Below, one piece after another: positions 28,501 to 40,068 of a DNA stretch of 64,000 nucleotides. Each line of letters starts with the position of its first letter. Position 1 is the stretch's first letter. Below the pieces are notes generated by a model. The model had not been told where the DNA came from. It saw nothing but the letters and a program-made list of their open reading frames with translations, and searched no databases. This DNA comes from Lobosporangium transversale (Eukaryota), in NCBI RefSeq assembly GCF_002105155.1, contig NW_019028979.1, forward strand, positions 1,240,001-1,304,000, read 5' to 3'. The position numbers and the translations under genes are program-made.

Positions 28501-30432
28501 GAACTTGAAATGGCCAAGGGAGCTGTCTTCGCCTGGGAGAACCTCGACTATGTTGTCCCTTACAAGTCAGATCCTTCCGGCAAGAAGCAACTCTTAACCA
28601 ATATTGCAGGTCTTGTCAAGCCCGGTACCATGACAGCCTTGATGGGCTCCTCTGGTGCAGGAAAAACCACTCTCTTGGATGTCCTTGCTCAGCGCAAGAA
28701 CATTGGTACTGTCACTGGTCAGATCGAAGTCGATGGCGAGCCCCTTCGTCGCGACTTCCAGCGCACAACCGGATACTGCGAGCAGCTCGATGTCCATGTT
28801 CCTGAATGCACTGTCCGTGAAGCCCTTCGTTTCTCCGCTTACTTGCGTCAACCTGCTGATGTCCCTGAGGAAGAGAAGAACGCCTATGTTGAGGAAATTA
28901 TCCATATTCTCGAGATGGAGAACATTGCTGACGCATTGATCGGTACAACTGAATCCGGACTTGGTATCTCGGTCGAGGAGCGCAAGCGCCTCACTATCGG
29001 TGTCGAACTGGTGGCCAAGCCTAAGCTCCTGTTCTTGGACGAGCCAACATCTGGCTTGGATGCCCAGGCCTCCTATAACATCATGCGTTTCATGCGCAAG
29101 TTGACTGATCAGGGCCAGGCTATTTTGTGTACCATCCATCAGCCATCGTCTCAGCTCTTTGCTTTCTTTGATGATCTCTTGCTCTTGGCCAAGGGCGGTA
29201 AGACCGTATTCTTTGGTGAGCTTGGTCATGACTCTTCTGAATTGATCCATTACTTTGAAAAGAACGGTGCTCCCAAGTGCGCCCCAGATGCCAATCCTGC
29301 TGAATATATTTTGGACGTTGTCAATGCGCGCCATTCTGGTCTTGACTGGCCCCAGATCTGGGCCTCCTCCCCTGAGAAAACCAAGCTGTTGGAGGATATT
29401 AAGGCTACTCGCAAGACCCCTGCTCATACCAACAATGGTACCGGGCAGGCCGTTGCCTCTTCGGACGAAGGACTTGAGTTCGCAACCGACTTCCGCACAC
29501 AATTCAAATATGTCTTCCGTCGCATGTCCAGGACCTACTGGCGTCTTCCTCAGTACAACTTTGGTCGTATCTTCATGATGATCGTCTTTGCTCTTCTTAA
29601 CGGTTTCTCTTTTTACAAACTCGGTGCTACCAAGGTCGATCTCCAATCCCGTGTCTTTGTGATCTTCCAGATCATGGTTATGGCTGCTCTGCTCGTTAAC
29701 ATGGTTGAACCTCGTTTCCATACTGAGCGTCAATGGTTCTACCGCGAGTTCGCTGGCAAATACTATGGTTGGAAGCCCTTTGCATTGTCCATCATCTTGA
29801 TTGAGATCCCCTACATCGTCTTGTCGGCAACTGTCTTCTTCTTGGTCTTCTACTGGACTGTTGGTTTCGTCTCAGATTCGGTCTTGACGTTCTACACTTG
29901 GTTGATGATCACAGTCTTTTCCCTGTTTGCGATCACCCTCGGCCAATTGATTGCCGCTTTGACTCCCTCGACTACAGTGGCTGCATTGCTGAACCCCTTC
30001 ATTTTCAGTTCTTTGAATTTGTTCTGTGGTGTCATGATCCCCTTCGCAGCCATGCCCAAGTTCTGGTCTTCCTGGATTTACTGGTTGGATCCTTACCATT
30101 ACATCATCGAGGGTTTGGTCGCAAGTCAGTTGCATAACGTACCTGTCCGCTGCGCTAACGATGAATATTCGATCTTCAATGTACCTGCTGGTCAAACTTG
30201 TGGATCCTATGCGGCTACATTCTTGGAGAAGGCTATGGGATACCTCAACAATCCCAATGATACCTCGAATTGCCAATACTGTCAATACGAATACGGTCAA
30301 GACTTCTATAGGAACTTGAATATGGACTTTGATAATCGCTGGAGGAACTTGGGTATCTTGTTCATTTACATTGCCTTCAACGTCATCATGCTCATGGTTG
30401 CGATCCGCTATGTTCGCTGGGATCGTCGCTAA
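25568..30432 (+). CDS. Full-size ABC-G (PDR/SNQ2-type) multidrug transporter; exons 25568-26345, 26449-26825, 26937-27413, 27529-30432
   Basis: NBD1 GRPGAGCST and VSGGERKR; NBD2 GSSGAGKTTLL, ISVEERKRLTIGVEL and LFLDEPTSGLD; (NBD-TMD)2 topology with Cys-rich extracellular loops. Confidence 0.96.
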
Positions 30433-30565
30433 AATAGAAGCAACTTTTTAGAATAAGGAAAAAAAAAAACTAATAACCAAAACATACAAATAATATTCAT
30501 CTTGTATATAATAATAAATATCAAACTTTAAAAAAAAAAAAAAAAAATTCTTTCTCGTTTATTGT

Positions 30566-32902
30566 TCAAAATAGTCGGCCCTTGCCGCATTTCCAGGGCC
30601 TATTAATGATGACACCTGAAGGTTTGGGTGGAGTGATTTTAGAACGTACAACATTGATCGTAGGCCGATACTTCTTGATAGCGTCCATCAACTTGTTGAG
30701 AGAATTTGAACAGTCGGATACGCCATCATCCGAACCAATGTCAATATGTTCCATCCGGGGCCAACAGCACCAATCATTGTTCATTCGATCCTGCAGTAAA
30801 CTCACAATGTCTTGCCAACACCCTATATTCCGTGTATCGACTCCATCGATTATGTAGTCTGGGTGAGAAAGGGAAGAAGAGGAAGAAGCCAAAACATCGT
30901 TGGATAATATAGTTTGTTCCTGTCCGTCGTGGGATTTTAGAGAATCTCGATTATCTGTAGCAATGTTCGGTTCAAAAGCGTCTTTGGAATGGCTGTTTGA
31001 AGCGAAGTCTTGCTTGAAAGAAGCCTGCGTGAGTCGTAACCGCAATTTCAATTTTTGTGCAGTTGAGAGACGTTTCTGAATCCAATCGACATTCCATGGG
31101 ATTGGTGATCTGATTTCCTCTATTGACTTGATCTCCAGCCGTTCAAGCTTGTGCATCCTTGTCAACAGACAGAGTCCTGTGCCCAAATCCAAAGTAGGTA
31201 TCTTGGGCAATCTTAGAGATAACTCCTCTAGGTTAGGTACCATTTTACTCAAGTACCCAAACATGATTCGACAGTCTCTAGCAGCAAGGTCACGCCGGCT
31301 CCTATCCCAGCTACGGCCAGCGCAGGCGATTTGAAGAGTGGATAGATTGCGACAGGCCCAGATCTTTTTGCAATGACGAGAAGGAGGAGAAGGAGGAGAA
31401 GAAGATGATGAAGAAGAATTGATTGTGTCCATGTCTGAGTTCGTGTCCGTATGCGAATTCATATGCAGAGCCCCACTCATATCCATCATGATAGTATCGC
31501 CATGATATTCTGGCGTTTCTTCCGGATCATCCAAGATCTCTTCAATGTCAAACCAAGCAATTGAAAACTGGACATGAGGGGCCTTGAGGTGTCGTAGCTG
31601 CCTCGCCTCACACAGAAAAGAATGAAGCAAATTTCCACACCAATCCCCGACAGAGTTAGTATCTATGATTTCCAGGGTTGTCAGAGTGTGATCCATTAGT
31701 TGAGATTGTTGTCTCTTAAGGAAAGCAAGATAAGTTGCTCGAGTAAAATCCATCGACCAAAAACTCCAATGTTTCACACAAGCGAGTTCCTCAAATATAC
31801 CATCCACTTGAGAGGGTGTCCGTTGCGCCCAACCGTCATGTAGACCCCCTGAGAAATGGGCCTTGACTAGTTTAGGACAGGAGGCTGTGAGGTCAGAAAG
31901 GAACATGCCTTCGAATAATGAGGAGGCATATTGAGTGCTGAGATAAGGAAATCCATCCAAGAGATGAATCCTGCCTCGTTGAAGTCGTTTTAAACAAAGT
32001 TCTTCTAAATCTGGACAGGCTTGTAATAATCTTTTCAATGCTGTTCTTTCCACAAACATGAATCCTAGAGTGAGCGACCGTAATCGAAGGCGAGCCGGTA
32101 GTTCTATTGCTTCTATTGCTGTTGTCATTGATTTTGCCTCTTTATCCTCATTTCTTTCTTCTTCTTCTTCTTCTTCTTCATTTTCTTTTTCGTCTTCGTT
32201 TTCGTTTTTTTCGCCTTGATCTTGTTCTTCCTGTAATATAGCTGCTCCATAGTATGCAGCCATGCCTCTGCTGTTGATCCAACGAAAAGTGAGTAGCTGT
32301 GGACAGAGACATAAAATCTTGTTGATAGGGATCTGATTTGTTCGGACATGATCAACTTCAATACACGTCAGTTGATAACCAATAATAGTTAACAATGGGA
32401 ATAGATGTGCTTCCGCTTCCAGAATCCCCTCGAGTTTAAGATCTTTAATCTGGAGATATCGTCGGTATTGTTGTTGTTGCTGCTGTTGGTCATTCACAGG
32501 TGTAGACAAGAGTTGGAGATGCTCTAAAAGCCCAGTCCAGCTCTCTGGATGAGTTTTATAATAGGTACTTAAACCCAATGTCTTCATGACCAAGTGTTGA
32601 GCACCGTTATCAATTTGTTGAAGAACTTGTTCCTGAAGTGTTTCACCCTCTTGCCAGATCTCCGTCCAGGTCACAACCGAGTTAGCTAGTTGCCATGCCT
32701 TTGAGATGTCGTACCATTGACGGCAGACAGGTCCTACTGAGAACCGGAGGCAGTGAGGACTGAGAAAAGAAAAAATGATTCGTAGCAACTCTGGTACTTG
32801 TAAAGGCGTTCTTTTGGAAGGGATGTAACTATTGCAATTGCTGAAGCTATGGTTACTATGTTGGTCACTAAGATGACGGTGAAAGGTGTTGGATAAAGAC
32901 AT
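30566..32902 (-). CDS. F-box protein with LRR-like C-terminus (expanded Mortierellaceae-type family); start uncertain
   Basis: F-box PLQVPELLRIIFSFL...VCRQW; later IWACRNLSTL, RIMFGYLSKMVPNLEELSL, GLCLLTRMHKLERL. The ORF region upstream of 32902 is pyrimidine-rich and looks like UTR or a 3' splice site. Confidence 0.82.
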   Translation of the reverse strand: MSLSNTFHRHLSDQHSNHSFSNCNSYIPSKRTPLQVPELLRIIFSFLSPHCLRFSVGPVCRQWYDISKAWQLANSVVTWTEIWQEGETLQEQVLQQIDNGAQHLVMKTLGLSTYYKTHPESWTGLLEHLQLLSTPVNDQQQQQQQYRRYLQIKDLKLEGILEAEAHLFPLLTIIGYQLTCIEVDHVRTNQIPINKILCLCPQLLTFRWINSRGMAAYYGAAILQEEQDQGEKNENEDEKENEEEEEEEERNEDKEAKSMTTAIEAIELPARLRLRSLTLGFMFVERTALKRLLQACPDLEELCLKRLQRGRIHLLDGFPYLSTQYASSLFEGMFLSDLTASCPKLVKAHFSGGLHDGWAQRTPSQVDGIFEELACVKHWSFWSMDFTRATYLAFLKRQQSQLMDHTLTTLEIIDTNSVGDWCGNLLHSFLCEARQLRHLKAPHVQFSIAWFDIEEILDDPEETPEYHGDTIMMDMSGALHMNSHTDTNSDMDTINSSSSSSSPPSPPSRHCKKIWACRNLSTLQIACAGRSWDRSRRDLAARDCRIMFGYLSKMVPNLEELSLRLPKIPTLDLGTGLCLLTRMHKLERLEIKSIEEIRSPIPWNVDWIQKRLSTAQKLKLRLRLTQASFKQDFASNSHSKDAFEPNIATDNRDSLKSHDGQEQTILSNDVLASSSSSLSHPDYIIDGVDTRNIGCWQDIVSLLQDRMNNDWCCWPRMEHIDIGSDDGVSDCSNSLNKLMDAIKKYRPTINVVRSKITPPKPSGVIINRPWKCGKGRLF

Positions 32903-33780
32903 CTTTGCTGAAGCCTTGGTCTGGCCCCCAAAAAAAAAGGAGTAAGGAAAAATGGGCAAAGGAAAGAAAGAAGGAAAGAAAGAAAGGAAAATGAAAAGGA
33001 GACTACACGTTTTTTGAAACATGCGGTTGATATCATTTCAATTCATTTGGCTAGTGCCTGCAGGTGGCTGTGTTCAGAGGCCAAATGATCCTGATCGTTG
33101 TAGCAAAGATGGTGATGGAGGAGGCGATGTTAATGTAGCATTGAAATGAGAGATTCTCTTTTCTTGTTTCACATCATTTAATGTTCAAAGACAGTGTCTT
33201 CAATTGAATGTATCTTATTGGATTAAATTCAACAGAGCTTCTTTACTGCAGGGACTAACTAGATCTTCATTTCAGGCACCTAAAGACCCTTGTTTTGTAA
33301 TTGTCTTGAGTACGTCATGAGTTCATAATTGTTATCTGACCTCCTTGGGTTGCTGAAAATGATCCAGTCCAATCTTGGTAGTCGATCCCTGCACTCTTCT
33401 GCTCAAATCACCTATTCTCAATGGCAAAAGTCTGCTGGACTGTTGATCTTGGACTATTCTTTCGCCTGCTGATGGCATGTGGATTTTAGGTCGCTAAGAG
33501 GACATTATAGACCTACTGCAGGATCGCTGATTGAACAATTGGCGCTGTTGGCTACAGGTTGGGGGGCTCAGATTAGTGCAATTGTCATTAAATTCAATCA
33601 ATATTGAAAAGATGGTGGAAGTGAAAAATATTCGTCCTGAAATCGATTTTATTGATTATTAGAAAACATATAAACTTTCAACAATGCCATGGTAGATCAG
33701 AGATAGAATAAGAAGAGAGGACCCAACAATCAAATAATGCTGTAATACAGTATCTATAATCGTGTTTACATTATAACTGT

Positions 33781-34140
33781 CTACGGAGAGGCAGTCCTGA
33801 CATTGAGGATGACTCCAGGCTGGTATTGGATTCTTAGAGGGATGAGCCTTTTTTGAAAGGAGGAAAAATAAAAAAAAAATAAAAAATAAAAAGTTAAAAG
33901 GAATGGACATGTCCTCTGCCTCTTGATTATAATAGCGTTAAACCTTACTTACTCTTCAAGTCCATCATCTACCATGAAATTTACTATGGCTCCGTCCTTT
34001 TCTACGTATTGAACGTCAGCAAAACTCGTTTGGACATCGTCCCAGAGGATGACATGTTCGCCAGTTCTGCTATCTACTCGTGTGTTAACATAGGTGAGTT
34101 TGCCAGATGATTCGTGTCGAAAGCCTTGTTGTTCCGTCAT
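33781..34140 (-). CDS. Small protein (about 84 aa) made only of the lineage-specific N-terminal domain; exons 34140-33953, 33847-33781. May instead be the 5' part of a longer or broken gene
   Basis: MTEQQGFR...GEHVILWDDVQTSFADVQYVEKDGAIVNFMVDDGLEE|LIPLRIQYQPGVILNVRTASP*. The GTAAGT...AAG intron sits at the same position and phase as in the gene starting at 8459. Confidence 0.6.
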
Positions 34141-34863
34141 GTTGTGTATATATAGATTTACTGAGAATATAAAATACGACAGTAGAGGAGCCACAGCTAA
34201 TTATTAATATTAATATTATTATAGATTATTGTACAGAAAGAGAGGAGGCGACGTGAGAAGAAAGAGAAAAAGAAAGAAAGGATTTTTGCGCAGCGAAAAA
34301 GACATGCATGTGTCTACATATACTAATGAAGTTCGAAAAGACGAAGCATACTCGTAAATGTAAATGTTGGGCAAACTGTCTTCGTTACGGCGCCCTTCAA
34401 TGACCCCATCCACACAAACACAAACTGAGCACGTCAGTATATAAAATGTATTAAAAAAAGATGTCTAATTCGCATGATGCAATCCTGTTCCTGAAGTTCA
34501 TTTGGACCAACCACCAGCCAGCAACCAAAAAAAGAACAACTGGTTTACTCGGCGATTTTTCATGTCTGTGCCAACGTGTGATTGTGAATGTGTGTGTTTG
34601 TGCATGAATGGCATCTGTTTACACAGTTCATAATGTAAATTTACATGAACATGCGTGCTGTGTCTGTGTGAAGCAGGTCTCGGATCAAAAAGGGTTCTTT
34701 TGAACGTTTCAAAATGTTTAGATTAAATAAAATTACAGCAATATTTTTATTTTGGGGTTTGTGTTTTTGTACAAGGGCGATTAAAATGTAAAATGTGTCT
34801 ATGCTCTTTTTTTTGGAATTATAGATTGTCATGAAAGGAAGTAAAGCCGGGGGAGTTTTTTTT

Positions 34864-36222
34864 TTAGGCATATAATGATACTAATACACTTGAGATCAAA
34901 AGAAGGACTTTTAGTGATGTTGGATCAAATCGTGAGCTGGCTCCGATTCGAAGACCACCCTTGTTCCTGCTGACATTGTCACTGCTGTCATTGTTGCCAC
35001 TGCCATTGCCGCCACTGCTGTTATCGCCTCCTTTACCGCTACCAACTTTATCATCCTCCTCATCAGGTGGTGGCGTCTTTCCCTTGATAGTATTCTAAAT
35101 ACAAAAGAAAAAGAAAAAGAAAAAGAAAAAGAAACAGAAATTATTAGTTTCATTTTTTAGTCTTATTAGTAAAGCCAAGAGACAATGGAGCTACTCCTGT
35201 TTATTTCTGTTCGACTTACCAATCCAAGGTCGATGCCTTGAGTTCCAGCAGCTCCTCCTGCAGCATAGAATCCATTAGTGTTTGTGGTGGTTTGATTCTT
35301 ATTAGGGCCGGTAGACTTTGTCTTGATTTTGTCACCTTCCGCATTTGTATCTGCTTTTTGGCCGATCTGCTCTACATTAGTAACAGTCATCTCGAGTGGT
35401 GGAAGCGATCCATTCGGGTCTGCACTGTTGATGACAACGTTGGCACAATGATGGTAAAACTAAGTAGGTAGAAAACGAGAAATAAAGGTTAGGAATTGAT
35501 CCTCTATTGTGTTCAGAAAAGGAAAAAAAAGTTTTTTTTTCTTTACCTGGTTCGTAGCATAGGCTGTCCATGACCATGCAAATAGACAACGATCCGAGTC
35601 AGTACAGCTGGGTACATTGGCAGGAATTTGAACAGGCCATTCATAATAAATATCAGGACATGTCTTGGTGTATTGTCCAATGACGTTCCAAGTTTTACCG
35701 CCATCATACGACAAAGAAAACTCACAAGCTCCACCACCATGGCGTGCTTGAGGAATATTATCCGGTGGAGGGAATGATTGATAGTCTTTCACTTGATGGT
35801 TCCAGAACCGTACTTGAATAATGTCTCCAGCTCTGTATGTAGTTACAGGACCCTTGGGATATCCTCCTGTGTTGACAAACCAAAAATGTCAGTTTTGATT
35901 ATGGAAGACAAAGGACGATTCGTTTAAAATAAAGTACAAAAAGAGCCAGAAGAGCCCAAATATGGCACAACCAACAGTGTCTCCACATTAGGGCATAGAA
36001 GAAGAGGAAAAAAAGGAAAAAGAATCAAGAGGACGTACCACATGGGAACGTCTTCCCTTTGAAGCCGATCCATGCATGAACTTCGTAACTGGGATTATCT
36101 GACCATGGACCAGCCTGGCCAGGTGGATTTGACATGGCCATGTGCGCAGATGTTGTAGGAAGGAGAGAAAAGAGGCTGGCAGTGGCAATAAGCACACTGT
36201 TTATGAAATATGTTGTCCTCAT
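34864..36222 (-). CDS. Secreted, probably GPI-anchored AA11-like lytic polysaccharide monooxygenase; exons 36222-36039, 35866-35547, 35459-35220, 35094-34864
   Basis: Signal peptide ending TSA|H (N-terminal His); FPCGGY, ARHGGGACEFSLSYDGGKTW, FAWSW, QFYHHCANV; Gly/Ser/Asn linker and hydrophobic C-terminus LKVLLLISSVLVSLYA*. Confidence 0.8.
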
Positions 36223-36242
36223 TATTGTTTTGATGTAATGTT

Positions 36243-36299
36243 AGTTTGTATGATGTGAATGTGAGTTTGTATGATGTGAATGTGAGTTTGTGTGATGTG
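36243..36299 (+). repeat. 21-bp tandem repeat (AGTTTGTATGATGTGAATGTG), about 2.7 copies, just upstream of the LPMO start
   Basis: Seen directly in the sequence. Confidence 0.85.
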
Positions 36300-37849
36300 T
36301 AAGGTATGAATGTATATGGTGAAGTGAGATCCAGTTGCTGTTGCTGCTGCCGTTGTTGGCTATTGACGTTGCTAGCTATTGCTGTTGTTATTTTTATAGC
36401 AGGACAAAATGTGAGTAATGGTGCTGAGATTAATCGTTAATAAAGAGTATTAGGGAAAGTGGTGAAGGAAAGTATGGGATGGATAAAGAAAAGCGAGGTT
36501 GAAGATAATGAACAACAATAATAAAAAGAAAAAGACTTCTTTTTCCCTCAGTGATGGGGCAACAAGCATGTCTTTTATATAAAATCCTTGGACAAGGTGG
36601 CTAATTCTAAGACAAGGCTTATTGACCCTGGAACCTTAAATATTCACTTGTGTCACAGACTAGCAGGTTTTGCAGATGTAACAGGGACATGGTCTGGTCT
36701 GCAGCAGTGGTTCTACTGAGGAAGAGGACTAAAAAGAGGAACGAGTAATGGTCCGCTGAGTCCAAACCGAGCTCTATGCTAGCATACCAGTGGTTGAATA
36801 GCCAAGGCGATTTCCCTATCTGTTAAAATGTAGACCATCGCAATGCACAATACTCTCGGGGATATTTTTCGCTCTTTCTCATATTTGTCAATTTTCCTTT
36901 ATACCCCGAGAAGCTAATGCGGATGAGATCCTTCTAATGTTCACATAAAAACAACCCATTGCTTCCTAACATAAGCCAATTAGCTCTCTTCATAAATGTG
37001 ATCCCCCGACTATGAAGGAGTAAAAATGGAAAGATTGATGAACCTGGGAACTGTTACCCATCCCTCTCTTCTCTTTTTCTTTCTCTTTACTACCGCGGAC
37101 AGAATGCTCTCATCTGAACTTGGATGGGGTCCACGCGTACCTAATTTTTTTTTTCCCGCCACCTCAGCAGCTCTTTTTTTTTTTTTTTTTTTTTTTTGAA
37201 ACATAACCTGAATCCCGTGCGTATGTAATGTGGATGCTGCTGAAACAAGGTCCTCTGGTGACGAGAAGGAATGTAATTGAAGCTTATCTTGATTTAATGC
37301 CTTGCGATTGCTCTCTAACATTAGACATACCCCCTTCTCTACCCTCAATGCATTGATTTATTTCAGATATCTTGCGGATGTTCATTACCTCGTGTCTTTT
37401 TCTCTATGATTTTCTGATATACTCTGTGATGTTCTAATTGCTTCGTATATTTGTATATTTTCATGCCTGTGCACGAGGCTTTGGCTGTGGGCGGATCATT
37501 AATGTGAATCATTGAGTCATCCTTTCACTTCCTTATAACCTCGCATAACCTGTTCATCAACTGTACTATACATTTATTCCTTCCCACCCTCCCTAGTGTT
37601 TCGCTTCGCTATGATTCAACATAAAGCTTCATGTTTTTTTACTTCTTGTCCTTGGTGGAGGGAAGGAGATAAGAGGTAATACTGTAAATCGTGGACTTTT
37701 CAGGGTCTGAATCAAGTCTGAAAATCCTAAAGCCTATTTCTCTCTTAATTAAAGCTCCCTGTCCGTCTGCTCTCGATTTTTTAAATCTGTCTCTTTCTGG
37801 TTTCTGATCTTTTTTTTTTTTTTTTTTTTTTTTTCACCGACATGAAGGA

Positions 37850-39170
37850 AGGCTCCAAATCCATTTGCCTTCATATTCCTAACCTGTACGATAACGTACA
37901 GTCTGAGAGAAGAAATTCTCAAGCATTTGAAGATTACGGAAGAAAACCAAGTATCAAGGACAGTTCCCGGAGAACGAATCCAAGTGCCTCAAAAAAACTG
38001 TCTCCAAGAGGAAGATGGTAACGATGTTCAAAAATCCGAATCGTCTCTTTAAAAGAACAAGGAAGGTAATAAGAGCAAACAGAAAAGGGTAGACAAAACC
38101 AATGAAATCAAAACGGCTGACAAGGAGCTCGACAAGTTCAATGATAGAACTACAGAAGAGCTTTACAAACCAAACGGAATCATTCAAAAGAGCTTTAGAC
38201 TGAGACAAAATTCTCTATGTTACAGCTGATCAATCCATTCGAGCATCAAATTCGATGGACGGATGCTCAAAGCTACGAGACCGAAACAGGCCACTAGGGA
38301 AGTCCTCTCTGTCCGCTTCAGACGATAACGGCGAAGTGATTACAAACACTTTGAACTTTCATTGCCATTCACCCTGGAGCATTTTGCAAATTGCCCATTG
38401 GCCGTTAGCCTCAAATGCCTGATGTACATGAATCCGAAGAATCCAAGCCAACTGGAAATATGGAGAAGAGGATGAGAGAGAAGCGCCCATTGGCGCGGAA
38501 AAACCTGGCATGCACAGTCAACAGCAACGTCAAATTATTTGAAAAATTCTTCAGACGTTAAAGGGGTCATCCCTTGACGCGTGAACAGGCGAAATTTCCT
38601 CGTCCAAGATATCGGAAGGAAAGAAAAAGAAGGACACAGTACGGAAGGACGAGACAGCACAGCCCTCGGCAGTTATTGTGTTCCAACTATCATAAGCATT
38701 GGCCACCTGATTTGTTATCTGTTGATGTAAGGTGTAAGGATTTTTAAATTTAGTTGTTTAGTTTAGAAATTCGCGGCAAGACATTGCAAGGTAATGTACG
38801 CCCTTTTTTCATAGGTCACATCAATCATTTCTCAGCTTTTTTTGTTTGAATTGTGGTGTATCGAAGTCGACAGCAGTGATCGACAGTGGACGCTGACAAA
38901 TACGAGTCCTCGGCATGCTCGACACTTTGGGAACAATAATTTGAGATACCAAGGTGATCATTTGAAATAAATCATTCCCTACTATTGTTTTAGTACTTTT
39001 CTCCCGTGCTGTTCCTTGATCACATTTGCATTCGCCACGACATCTTTAGTTTTGGCCTTTTGTTTCGACCAAGCTCTATTCACACCATTCTCAAACAATA
39101 CCCATGCATTGTTGACACTTCTGTACGTTTTATGGACGAAGAATAGTTTCCAACATGGACCTGTCTAGCA
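37850..39170 (+). pseudogene. Highly degenerate remnant resembling a Fanzor/TnpB-like RuvC-Zn-finger protein of the kind abundant in Mortierellaceae
   Basis: Collinear broken motifs: VPGERIQ, SIKFDGRMLK...REVLSVRFRR (38242-38325), FIAIHPGAFC (38358), YFEKFF, IISIG, VDADKYESSAC (38886). Many stops and frameshifts. Confidence 0.45.
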
Positions 39171-39552
39171 GAAATGTGGATCCTCCGTCCTCTTTTTTTT
39201 TCTCCTGTCAAGCATTCCCTTCAATCTGGTATTGAAGCTTGATTAAAGCCCCATTGGTTCAGCTTAGAGAACAAAAGCAACAACAAGAATAATATAACAA
39301 TGGGAAAATTAAAGGAAAAAATGTGTACCGTCTCTTTGTAGGTGCTGCTGTGGTTGCTACAGCCACAATACATTTGCTTTGTATTTAAAACTGCCTCTAT
39401 AACTCCTAGGTACCAGCGTTTATTGTTTTTTTTTTATTTTTATATGGCGTAAAAACAGGCAAGCATAAAAAGGTCACCACCATTTCCAAGCTAATATTCG
39501 CTTTTATCTCTTGAGTATTTATCCTTCCCCGCTCCACGCTCCTATAATCACC

Positions 39553-40068
39553 ATGAAGCGTCTTATAGTCCTTACTACCTTGTCTACTTTCTTTTGGGTC
39601 GCTTTTTTAACTGACCTTAGCTTTGGTTCGAGTGTTCCTGACAGGGTTCTCAAGGACGCCGTTGTTCCTGCTCCATCAAATTTTAACAAAAACGAAACCG
39701 TCTTGGTTGCCGTGGGTAATGAGCTATTGAACCCTCCCGCCATTATTTTTTGGTATATCTCTGAACAACGTCCCAAGATCATGCTCCGAGTGGCACCTCA
39801 GGAGTTTTATTTAGAAGGAGAAGAAGGAATACCTTGCCAACAATCATTCCATACATTTGCGGGCAAGATCCATTGCCAAGCTAGTATATATGGTGATGAA
39901 TACTGCTGGCGTTATGATAGTTGGCCAGAAGATCGAAATTACAGATTTTTCCTCAGTCACAAGGATACTCATTATCGCTTTGGAGGTTGCCAATTGACTA
40001 TTGACAAGGAGAGCTCGTTATGTTTGGAGATGGTTTGTTCTACCAGGGAGTTTCCACCACTTAACTAG
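39553..40068 (+). CDS. Small secreted Cys-containing protein of unknown function (171 aa, intronless)
   Basis: ATG at 39553; MKR followed by a hydrophobic signal peptide; six Cys in the mature region; clean ORF in AT-rich surroundings. Confidence 0.7.
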   Translation: MKRLIVLTTLSTFFWVAFLTDLSFGSSVPDRVLKDAVVPAPSNFNKNETVLVAVGNELLNPPAIIFWYISEQRPKIMLRVAPQEFYLEGEEGIPCQQSFHTFAGKIHCQASIYGDEYCWRYDSWPEDRNYRFFLSHKDTHYRFGGCQLTIDKESSLCLEMVCSTREFPPLN

